The notes: generated by a model from the sequence alone, not told the origin. Shown: positions 8,364 to 16,107, counted from the stretch's first letter. The stretch is 21,560 nucleotides of DNA from Cyanophyceae cyanobacterium (GCA_050331735.1 JBHJGN010000080.1:1-21560), one strand, 5' to 3'. Numbers and translations are program-made.

Positions 8364-9461
8364 ATGATCCAAACAGTTTTGATTCTTGGAGGAAGAGGTC
8401 GAATTGGTCGCAGTGTCGCGGCAGATGTGGCAAAACATACCGATGCAGAAATTATCGTGACGACGCGGCAGGCACTACCGGAAGCAGCGATCGCTCACGC
8501 CGAGTCAATACAGATCCTGCCTTTAGAGTTAGCAGACCGCGCCTCAGTGCGAGCAGCTATTGCCCAATGCTCTTTAGTCATTCACTGTGCCGGACCATTT
8601 CACTATCGGGACGAGGAGGTGATCAAAGCCTGTATCGAAGCGGGCGTTGACTATATCGATGTCAGCGACCACCGTTCCTACTACGAAAAGGCGATCGCCT
8701 ACCGCGAGCAAGCCACCGCCGCTGGGGTTACGGCCATCCTCAATACAGGGATCTTCCCCGGGATTTCTAACAGTATGGTGCGCCAGGGAGTCGAGCAGCT
8801 CGACCAGGTAGACAAAATTCACTTGAGCTACATTGTGGCTGGCTCTGGCGGTGCTGGAATTACCGTGATGAGAACCACCTTCTTAGGATTGCGGAAAACC
8901 TTCAACGCCTGGATCGATGGTCGGTGGCAGGCAGTCAGTCCCTATAGCGATCGCGAAACCGTCGCTTTTCCTCAGCCCTATGGCAAAACGGGAGTGTACT
9001 GGTTTGATATGCCAGAGACCTATACGTTTGCCGAATCTTTTCCGGTCAAAACCGTCGTCACCAAATTTGGTTCAGTGCCGGATTTCTACAATCATCTTAC
9101 CTGGATTACCGCCCACATCTTCCCGTCTGCCTGGATCGAAAGCTCTCAGGGCATCGAATTTTTCTCGAACGTCAGCCACAGAATGACGGCCTTTACTGAC
9201 CGCTTCAGCGGGATTGGGGTAGCCATGCGGGCCGAAATTATAGGAGCAAAAGGTGGTCAAGAGACTCGGTTTTGCTCAACAATGGTTCATGAAAATACAG
9301 CAGTCGCCGCTGGCTACGGAACCGGCAGCGTGGCTCAACTCATGCTAGCGGGAAAGTTATCTAAACCGGGAATTTGGCCTGTCGAGCAGGCACTGCCCAC
9401 GGCTCTGTTTGAAGAAACGATGAACAGTCGAGGCGTGAGGATTGAAGGACAGTTGAGCTAG
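8364..9461 (+). CDS. Saccharopine-dehydrogenase-like NAD(P)-dependent oxidoreductase (cyanobacterial/plastid family)
   Basis: Rossmann LILGGRGRIG, HCAGPF, YIDVSD, TGIFPGISN, AGSGGAG and C-terminal PGIWPVE. Confidence 0.87.
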   Translation: MIQTVLILGGRGRIGRSVAADVAKHTDAEIIVTTRQALPEAAIAHAESIQILPLELADRASVRAAIAQCSLVIHCAGPFHYRDEEVIKACIEAGVDYIDVSDHRSYYEKAIAYREQATAAGVTAILNTGIFPGISNSMVRQGVEQLDQVDKIHLSYIVAGSGGAGITVMRTTFLGLRKTFNAWIDGRWQAVSPYSDRETVAFPQPYGKTGVYWFDMPETYTFAESFPVKTVVTKFGSVPDFYNHLTWITAHIFPSAWIESSQGIEFFSNVSHRMTAFTDRFSGIGVAMRAEIIGAKGGQETRFCSTMVHENTAVAAGYGTGSVAQLMLAGKLSKPGIWPVEQALPTALFEETMNSRGVRIEGQLS

Positions 9462-9577
9462 CCTGACTTTTCTGGGGAAAGGCTGCCCAAGCAAGGACTG
9501 GGTAGGGATACCAGTAAAGACCGCAGGCGAAGGAACCAGGAGTAAAGTCTTTGATTCCCGGTGTCCGAGGCGGCGTT

Positions 9578-9804
9578 CTCCGTTTTGCCTTTTTCCATCA
9601 CTTCTTTGAGATATTGCCGCAGTTCCTGGATGTGCGACTCCTCTGGCTTCAGTTTTTGAAAGAGTTCGACACAAGGCTGAGAATTCATGCCTTGTGCGTC
9701 TTGAATGTATTTGTCGTAGGCTTGATACGCTTCAGATTTATTCTGCAAGACGATGAGCAGATCTTACCTCTTAGATCGCTGATGGTTCTCTGGTGGTTCG
9801 ACAT
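9578..9804 (-). pseudogene. Frameshifted small helical cyanobacterial protein (...DLLIVLQNKSEAYQAYDKYIQDAQ...CVELFQKL...)
   Basis: ATG at 9804 gives MSNHQRTISDL. After CTAAGAGGTAAGAT the coding-like sequence continues in another frame as DLLIVLQNKSEAYQAYDKY, preceded by an in-frame TAA. The track splits it into 9685..10059 and 9458..9748. The 3' boundary is inferred. Confidence 0.6.
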
Positions 9805-9899
9805 GACTAAAATTTCCAACCGATTTGCTCTACTCCTGTGACAGCTTCTCAACAAACAGCTCATCTGTCTAACAAAAGATTGCTCGTAATCTGTATAGC

Positions 9900-10553
9900 C
9901 TACTCTTGTGTTTCTCTCTCGGCACTGAGCTGAGGACGAAGACCCCAATAGGCGATCGCTCCAAAGACGGGCACAATGGTAATCAGCGTCAAAAACAGTT
10001 TGTTTTTGACCCCCCGGCGAGCTAAATCGTCTCCCACTACCGTTGGGAAGCCAAGCCAAAACAAGATGAGGGCAACCGTCATCACGTTGACGAAGCGTAG
10101 AGTTTGGAACTGAACGAGAAATTCGCGACCGCCGTCAGCGATTGAGACATAAGTGCCTAACGCCACAATGGCCGTGAGAATATTTAAAGCCGTTAACGGC
10201 GAATCCCAAAACTTCAAAAAGTTGTTTTTAGACCCCTGAAATTCTTGATTTGAATCTCGTAGCGCTAGATAGGGCAATAAACCAATTACTCCAGTCCCTA
10301 GAGAAGCAACAGCAAAGAGCCAATAGGGAATCTTCTGCATTGTTCCGTCGATGAAAAGCACAGCGCTGTAGGCAGCAATCCAAAAGCCAACTAAAGCCAA
10401 AAGCGACAGTACAATAGCATTAATTTCTGACCACTGAAGAGTAAATAATTGAATGAGTAGTTCTACGTTGGCAGCACCACCAGCGGGAGCCAGAAAGATG
10501 GCATAGGCAATAAAGCCTCCCCACAGTAACCAAAAAAAAGTTTTTCTAACCAT
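9900..10553 (-). CDS. Conserved multi-pass membrane protein (DUF2834-like)
   Basis: About 6 hydrophobic segments, with LLPYLALR and GDDLARRG motifs. Start set at ATG 10553 (MVRKTFFWLLW). Confidence 0.75.
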   Translation of the reverse strand: MVRKTFFWLLWGGFIAYAIFLAPAGGAANVELLIQLFTLQWSEINAIVLSLLALVGFWIAAYSAVLFIDGTMQKIPYWLFAVASLGTGVIGLLPYLALRDSNQEFQGSKNNFLKFWDSPLTALNILTAIVALGTYVSIADGGREFLVQFQTLRFVNVMTVALILFWLGFPTVVGDDLARRGVKNKLFLTLITIVPVFGAIAYWGLRPQLSAERETQE

Positions 10554-10747
10554 AACGCTACTTAACATCAAATCGTTCCTGCGTGTACAGGAGCATAGCA
10601 GGAGACAAGATTTGGTATCTTCTTGAAATAGATAGATTTGGCTCTTGCTCGAGGGCGATCGCCTGAATCGAGGTTAATTCTCTAGACAGGGGTTTTTGCC
10701 GAGCAAATCGTTTAGGCTCAAGGGTGTTAAGTATTGGAGAAAACATT

Positions 10748-10948
10748 ATGCCCGGTGGTAATGCTAGCCATCAAGGTTCTGCGGCTAACGTCAAGCCAAA
10801 CACGAACGCTGAAAACCAATTAGATACCGCTGCCGATTTAGCAGTCGAACCCGAAGAAATCGCTCCTCCTGAAGGTGCTGCTGCCTTAAGAGCCAAAGAA
10901 GCTCCAGAAAATGACGAAGCGACAGCAAGACCAGGGGACGAGCAATAG
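10748..10948 (+). CDS. Small acidic, probably disordered hypothetical protein (66 aa)
   Basis: GGAG Shine-Dalgarno just upstream of ATG 10748. The product MPGGNASHQGSAANVKPNTNAENQLDTAADL... is rich in A/E/P/D with no hydrophobic core. Confidence 0.65.
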   Translation: MPGGNASHQGSAANVKPNTNAENQLDTAADLAVEPEEIAPPEGAAALRAKEAPENDEATARPGDEQ

Positions 10949-10986
10949 AAAGACGCGGCTCTCGTCTCTTTGTCGGAAAGTCAAAA

Positions 10987-11030
10987 ATACGAAGAATTGA
11001 AGTCTGTTAGTTCTTTGTATCTTTGTCTTT
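10987..11030 (+). terminator. Possible weak intrinsic terminator after the small ORF
   Basis: Imperfect stem ATACGAAGAA...TTCTTTGTAT followed by pyrimidine/T-rich CTTTGTCTTT. Confidence 0.35.
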
Positions 11031-11546
11031 CCCCTCAGTAGTCGCGCTACTGCTTGAGATGTTCGCTGCTGTTGAGCACAGTATCTCTAAAGTCTCTCAA
11101 AGAGGCTGTCATTAATCGCTGCTCACTCAATAAGTGTTCACCAAGAAGGTAGAATAAAAGACATCAAGATTATTCACTCGATGAGTGTGATCGTTCAACT
11201 GACCCAAACTGCGAGTAGATTCGCTACTCGGTCAACGCAGAAAACTCCACCTCAAGACAGCGCTACCGATATAGCCATGATGATTGAGCTTGACGGACGT
11301 CTGAAACGCCGAAGAGTGGTTCAGCTCTGCTTGCCCTGACTGTATTTAGAGCTTGCTCTGGCTCAGTTCTGAGCTCCTAAAATTTTTCATGAGGTGATGA
11401 AAGCGGTTGACAAGTTAGCAATAGCTATTAGAGACATACATGGAGCGTTTGAGATCTTGCTCCAAGGGCCAATCGCTAGAGTGCGACAATGGTTCTCAGC
11501 GTCGCCTCACGATCGTCAGAGAGCAGTCTTAAGATTGCAGCATACA

Positions 11547-12269
11547 GTGATAAAGTTCCTGCTTTTTTTCGCTCCTGACCGCTCCGCTCCTTCCATTACT
11601 TCCTCCCCAATCGTTCGTCAGGCTCAGGTTAGCGACCTTAAAAGGTTAGCAGAGGTTCTGGTAGAAAGTTTTCATCCTTCTCCTGAATATTTGTGGTGGA
11701 TGACTCCTCTACTGAAGCTCGGAATCTACGAAGACCTGCGGCAGCGACTTTGTTCCCATGCGCCTCATTATGCTTGTTTAGTCGCTAGCGTACTCGCGAA
11801 GAGCTCCGCTTCACATGCTGAGCAAATAGTGGGGACAATAGAAATAGCGTCACGCTCTACTGATTGGTCGGTTTCGACTCAAAGTTCTGCCGGAACCTCT
11901 TCCGGCGGCTGCTTTGAGCGAGCTCAAAGTTCCAGTGCTGAACTTTCGGTGCCAGATGTTTCCTGCTCGCCCTCGGCAAGGAAGCTTAGCGCTCCTGCTC
12001 CTCAAACTCTCTACATTTCTAATCTTGCTGTTAAAGCATCTTGGCGTCGGCAAGGAATTGCCCAAAGCTTGCTAGCAAGGTGCGAGCAACTGGCTCAGCA
12101 GTGGGGTTTTTGCAGGCTTTCTCTTCATGTATTGGAAGACAACTATCAAGCCCGACAGCTCTATGCCAAACGTGGCTACCAGCTTGAGCGCATTGAATCT
12201 AGTTTAGGCAGTTGGCTATTCAAACAGCCAAGACGTTTATTGCTGAGCAAGCAAATGCCTCTCGAGTAG
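11547..12269 (+). CDS. GNAT family N-acetyltransferase with an internal Ser-rich insertion
   Basis: IVGTIEI, YISNLAV, acetyl-CoA motif RRQGIA, LHVLEDNYQARQLYAKRGY. The start is uncertain: the ORF is open from 11394, and GTG 11547 was chosen as the more plausible. Confidence 0.85.
   Translation: MIKFLLFFAPDRSAPSITSSPIVRQAQVSDLKRLAEVLVESFHPSPEYLWWMTPLLKLGIYEDLRQRLCSHAPHYACLVASVLAKSSASHAEQIVGTIEIASRSTDWSVSTQSSAGTSSGGCFERAQSSSAELSVPDVSCSPSARKLSAPAPQTLYISNLAVKASWRRQGIAQSLLARCEQLAQQWGFCRLSLHVLEDNYQARQLYAKRGYQLERIESSLGSWLFKQPRRLLLSKQMPLE
11878..11983. repeat. Cluster of nested inverted repeats inside the GNAT gene
   Basis: CTCAAAG 11878-84 / CTTTGAG 11912-18; GCCGGAA 11889-95 / TTCCGGC 11900-06; CTTTGAGC-GA-GCTCAAAG 11912-29; AAAGTTC 11926-32 / GAACTTT 11940-46; direct repeat CTCAAAGTTC at 11878 and 11923. 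Confidence 0.7.
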
Positions 12270-12550
12270 GGGAGAAGAAAGTTGTGGGTTTGCCTGGAGG
12301 GTTAGCTGACTTGTCATTGGAACCAGGATCATTAAATATATTTGTAACAGCTTGCTATTCTAAGAGAATGTCGGGGGGAACTTAGATAAGCAAGAACTTA
12401 GTGCAGTCAGTTAGCCTTTGCTGAGCGCGATCGCTGACTCTATCGCAAAAAAGATGGCATCATGATGACCAAATCTTTACCTCAAAAAGCTAAATTACAC
12501 CGTGGCCGACTAATTTGACCTAAGTTGCCAATTAACGGGGCAAGAGCGGT

Positions 12551-13027
12551 ATGCGTAAATACCCGAATTTTCTGAACGACCCTCCCCAAAATCAGCATTC
12601 TCTCATTCTCAATCAGCTCAGCAGCGGCAGTTTGTTGATTGTCAATCCTCGGCGTAAAAATGGATTGATCTTATTTAAACAGTATCACGCTGAGTTTGCC
12701 GGACCAGGAGCCGTTGTCGGCAGCAACTTTGATGACGATGTTACAAAAATTTTACCCGTTGGCAACTTGTCTTTAATAGAGCCTCAAACCTCAAAAGACA
12801 GAATTAATGCTTATCTGATCCGGCGGCAGTGGATTCGACTGACTAAACAAATTACAGATAATCCTGTACCGCTTCAGCGAGCACAAGTTATTCTCAATCA
12901 GTTTGAACATTGGTTTGATGACCAAACAGCTTCGCAGATACCGGATGAAGCCTATGCGCTTTTGATCGGAGTCTTACCGCAAACAATTAAAGAAGTCCGC
13001 GAAAGCGTAGCACATTTAGCGATTTAG
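12551..13027 (+). CDS. Conserved cyanobacterial hypothetical protein, possibly a degenerate Crp/Fnr-like regulator
   Basis: 158 aa clean ORF. AEFAGPGAVVG resembles the GPG(D/E)xFG of cNMP-binding domains, and the C-terminal DEAYALLIGVLPQTIKEVR resembles a Crp-type HTH. Confidence 0.7.
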   Translation: MRKYPNFLNDPPQNQHSLILNQLSSGSLLIVNPRRKNGLILFKQYHAEFAGPGAVVGSNFDDDVTKILPVGNLSLIEPQTSKDRINAYLIRRQWIRLTKQITDNPVPLQRAQVILNQFEHWFDDQTASQIPDEAYALLIGVLPQTIKEVRESVAHLAI

Positions 13028-13051
13028 TCACAATCAGAAAGCGTTAGTACG

Positions 13052-13076
13052 CGCTCCTGTAACGGAGCGGCTTTTT
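13052..13076 (+). terminator. Intrinsic terminator between convergent genes
   Basis: Stem CGCTCC-TGTAAC-GGAGCG followed by GCTTTTT. Confidence 0.6.
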
Positions 13077-13077
13077 C

Positions 13078-13527
13078 CTAAACTGCGATCAAAGCGGGCG
13101 AACGAGTGAGAACGGCCATGTCTTCTTCATCTAGCTCTACTGGCGTACCGCTGCGAATCAGTTCAGCAAAGTCTTCGTTGGGAACCATCATGCATAGGGC
13201 ATACAGACGACTAGACCCCGTGTTCGCAATGACATGAGTTCCGGTCGGTGGTACTAACAAGCTATCACCAGCGCGGACATTGACGGTTTTTCCATCGCAG
13301 GTTGCTTGGCCTTCCCCTTTCAAGATGAAGAACATTTCTGCTGCATGCTGGTGACGATTGGGAGGCGTTTTACCGCCAACGTCAAAAATTTCTACGCAGT
13401 AGGTGAAAGAAACGTTATCCTTTGTTGGGTCAAAAACAATCGCTAAACGGTTCGTGTCACTGGGGGAGATCCGAAACGCTTGATAATCTTGAGGAGATTT
13501 AACAACGGAAATGACGCAAGAATCCAC
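13078..13527 (-). CDS. Cupin-domain protein
   Basis: PPNRHQHAAEMFFILKGEG and GDSLLVPPTGTHVIAN cupin motifs. GTG 13527 is preceded by AGGAGG. Confidence 0.9.
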   Translation of the reverse strand: MDSCVISVVKSPQDYQAFRISPSDTNRLAIVFDPTKDNVSFTYCVEIFDVGGKTPPNRHQHAAEMFFILKGEGQATCDGKTVNVRAGDSLLVPPTGTHVIANTGSSRLYALCMMVPNEDFAELIRSGTPVELDEEDMAVLTRSPALIAV

Positions 13528-13538
13528 AGTTTTCCTCC

Positions 13539-14333
13539 TTAGCTGTTTTCGATTGCATTGATGGCGTCTAACATGGCTTGAGACTGAGCAACAAACCCAA
13601 AACACTGATTAACATTGTAAAAAGTGGCCTGCAAACAGTACTCTGGCGAGGTTGTCGCGGTGCAGTCTTCAACAAGAACACAGTCGTAGCCGAGAAAGTT
13701 AGCATCCTGTAGCGTCGTCATCACGCACTGATCAGCATTGACCCCAGCAAAAAACAGCGTCGTTCTGCCTAAGTTGCGTAAAATGCTGTCTAGCGGGGTA
13801 TCCCAAAATCCGCTCATGCGATATTTGTCTATGTGAATATCGCTGTCGTGCTGGTGCAGTTCGTCGACAACCGCTGCCGCCCAGCTTCCTGCTGTCAACA
13901 CTGGAGCCTTTCTCGTCGGCAAAAGGTCGCCGAGGCCAACCCCGTCTCCAGTAGGGTTATAGACGTGGTGTAGTCCAGCACTAATGTTCAACAGATCCGC
14001 TCGGTTGCCCCAATTGACCCAGAGTACCGGAATAGGGATCTGCCGCAGTGCGGGAAGCAAAGCATTAAGAGGCTTAATGGGGGCGCGGGCCGCAGTAACA
14101 TCAACACCAATATGGGCTAACCAGCCTTCTGGGTGGCAGAAGTCGTTCTGCATGTCAATGATTAATATCGCTGACTTCGCTAGATCTAAGCGCAGCGTTT
14201 TTGTTGCTGTTGGCAGGGTGATGATTAGCGGTTCTACAGGAGGACGAGTAATATCAGCCCATCGATCGTCAACGGACCAGGCATTAGGAGGAACGCCCAG
14301 AGTACGCACCGGATTGGGAACAGAACGATTCAT
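13539..14333 (-). CDS. Isochorismatase-family cysteine hydrolase (RutB/BiuH-related amidohydrolase)
   Basis: D-K-C triad in IIDMQNDF, IDKYRMSGF and GVNADQCV. It ends 11 bp before the cupin start. Confidence 0.9.
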   Translation of the reverse strand: MNRSVPNPVRTLGVPPNAWSVDDRWADITRPPVEPLIITLPTATKTLRLDLAKSAILIIDMQNDFCHPEGWLAHIGVDVTAARAPIKPLNALLPALRQIPIPVLWVNWGNRADLLNISAGLHHVYNPTGDGVGLGDLLPTRKAPVLTAGSWAAAVVDELHQHDSDIHIDKYRMSGFWDTPLDSILRNLGRTTLFFAGVNADQCVMTTLQDANFLGYDCVLVEDCTATTSPEYCLQATFYNVNQCFGFVAQSQAMLDAINAIENS

Positions 14334-14449
14334 AGGGATCTAAAGCACTGTTACTGTTCATGATGCTACTAAAGATACTAACTAAATTAACGTTCGTCCT
14401 AGTCAATCAATGTGTCAAGAATTACGAATCGTTAGAGGAAGTTTCTAGG

Positions 14450-14675
14450 AGACGGGGAAAGGAAAAAATGTTCCTCCGGAACGGGGAAGGGTTGAAGAAA
14501 CGAGCTTAATCAACTCCTCCGTTCCCCTTGTTCCTGCTTGGTGCGATTTCCAGAGCGCCCGATGCCGGAGTAACGTCCGGCATTCAAGAGGCGCATCACC
14601 GAAACTAAATTCCGGTTGGGTCGCCGCCACTTTTCCCAGCAGTAAAGCTGTTTTCCTGTTGCGGAGCAACTTTTC
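14450..14675. repeat. Hairpin/purine-tract repeat cluster downstream of and overlapping the tadA 3' end
   Basis: GGAACGG...CCGTTCC stem 14478-14525; nested GCGCC / ATGCCGGA-GTAACG-TCCGGCAT / GGCGC; TTTTCCTGTTGCGGAGCAACTTT at 14651-14673. Confidence 0.65.
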
Positions 14676-15159
14676 TTTTGCGGGCAAACCAAGCCTGTAG
14701 CTGTTGGCGGCAGGCAGATTCCCGAATCCCTGACAGTACCGGAAAGCGATGATTAGAACAGGCGCTATCGGGAAGATTGGCTACGGTGCGAATTGTACCA
14801 GTTTTTGGATCATCAGCGCCGTAGACAAGCAAGCCTAAGCGAGCCTGAATAATGGCTCCGGTACACATCGGACACGGCTCTAACGTCACGTAGAGAGTAC
14901 AGTCGTTAAGATGCCAATTTTGTAATCGGCGACTAGCACCTCGCAGAGCCAGGATTTCAGCATGGGCTGTTGGGTCTTGGTCTCTCTCTTTACGATTTGA
15001 TGCCTGAGCAACTAAGTTTCCCTGCCCATCGGTTATAACCGCCCCAACTGGAACATCACCGGCCTCTCCCGCAACCTGAGCTAATTTTAAAGCGTGGTTC
15101 ATCCACTGTCGATGAACTAAATAATCCGCCTCAGTAAGTTGTACTACAGGGTCAAACAT
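14605..15159 (-). CDS. tadA: tRNA adenosine(34) deaminase
   Basis: DVPVGAVI, DPTAHAEI, TLYVTLEPCPMC, YGADDPKTG and SNH motifs. Confidence 0.93.
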   Translation of the reverse strand: MFDPVVQLTEADYLVHRQWMNHALKLAQVAGEAGDVPVGAVITDGQGNLVAQASNRKERDQDPTAHAEILALRGASRRLQNWHLNDCTLYVTLEPCPMCTGAIIQARLGLLVYGADDPKTGTIRTVANLPDSACSNHRFPVLSGIRESACRQQLQAWFARKRKVAPQQENSFTAGKSGGDPTGI

Positions 15160-15171
15160 GAGTCTTCAGAA

Positions 15172-15339
15172 GCGCCGCAGGCGCGGGAAAAAGGGGAAAG
15201 TTGCTCCACAACGGGAAAAGGGGAAAGGGGAAATAAATTAGCTTGTTCCTTAGCATTGTGTTCTTTCCCGTCCCGTTCGCGGAGCGTTCCCGTTAGGGAA
15301 AAGGAAAACTGTCCCTTTTCCCTGTCGCAGAGCGACCTT
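15172..15339. repeat. Short dispersed-repeat-like hairpin cluster between tadA and grxC
   Basis: GCGCC-GCA-GGCGC; AAAGTTGCTCCACAACGGGAAAA (inverted copy of 14651-73); GGGGAAA heptamers; CCCGTTCGCGGAGCGTTCCCGTTAGGGA; GTCGC-AGA-GCGAC. Confidence 0.7.
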
Positions 15340-15652
15340 AAGCGGCTGGTTCAGCCAGTAAAGCATCAAGCTGATGATTGCCATCTAGTTCGTAAAGCTC
15401 GTCGCTACCGCCGATGTGCTGCTCGTTGATAAATATCTGCGGCACTGTGCGCCGTCCATTCGCTCGCTGTGCCATGCGGTTTCTGGCTTCCTCGTCGCCG
15501 TCGATTTTATATTCGGTGAAGTTAACGCCTTTCCACCACAGCAGCAACTTCGCTCGAATACAAAATGGGCAAGTCTGCCAGGTGTAGATTTCTACGTTAG
15601 CATTCACGCGCTCTGGATGGCGACCAAAGAGAGAATTAACAAAATCGAGCAT
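15338..15652 (-). CDS. grxC: Glutaredoxin 3
   Basis: CPFC active site, TVPQIFI and IGGSD motifs. Confidence 0.93.
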   Translation of the reverse strand: MLDFVNSLFGRHPERVNANVEIYTWQTCPFCIRAKLLLWWKGVNFTEYKIDGDEEARNRMAQRANGRRTVPQIFINEQHIGGSDELYELDGNHQLDALLAEPAA

Positions 15653-15715
15653 ATTAAAGTTTGAGATAGACTCTATTTTTAGTCTAGATGATTCATTCGC
15701 ATCAACAATATTCTC

Positions 15716-16015
15716 CTACTGATTGTTTTTCAAGCGCCGGAAAATCGTTTGTACAGTATAGGCAACTAAACCGATACTGACCAAGGCAAAAATACCTGTT
15801 CCCAGTGCCGTCATGCCGACAACGAGAGTGCGAACGACAGTCGAGAGATTAACCACAATGGGATTGTCGGAAGTCACGGGTTTGCTGGCAAACGTTTGGG
15901 CGACAGCCGCCGTCATCCAGTAAAAAGCGATCGCAAACGCCCCAGCAATCGCTGCCCCGCTCAAGTAACGCCAGGGACTAAATTTAGTGGCTTCATTAGA
16001 AGTTGAATGAGTCAT
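15716..16015 (-). CDS. Small two-TM conserved membrane protein (DUF3082-like)
   Basis: Two hydrophobic helices with the pattern PWRYLSGAAIAG...VVRTLVVGMTALGTGIF. It follows ispE on the same strand. Confidence 0.75.
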   Translation of the reverse strand: MTHSTSNEATKFSPWRYLSGAAIAGAFAIAFYWMTAAVAQTFASKPVTSDNPIVVNLSTVVRTLVVGMTALGTGIFALVSIGLVAYTVQTIFRRLKNNQ

Positions 16016-16107
16016 CGGATTAATTTACTTAGTGTTAAAGACAGTAAGCCGGAAAAGCAACATCCCTCAAGTTATGTCTTCCTTTCCCCGTTCCATAGAG
16101 ACATACT

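Noticed and set aside
11190..11320. ATCGTTCA...GACGGA...CCGAAG resemblance to glutamine (glnA/downstream-peptide) riboswitches
   Set aside because: The conserved GGAAGTA and closing GAACG segments are missing, and the spacing is too long.
14356..14369. GTT-N8-TAC as a firm NtcA site
   Set aside because: One mismatch to GTA-N8-TAC and only about 23 nt from the ATG, too close for the usual -41.5 activating position. Kept only as a weak hint.
14450..15339. CRISPR array or composite transposon around tadA
   Set aside because: The repeats are not regularly spaced with unique spacers, and there are no cas or transposase genes. Dispersed mini-hairpins explain the pattern better.
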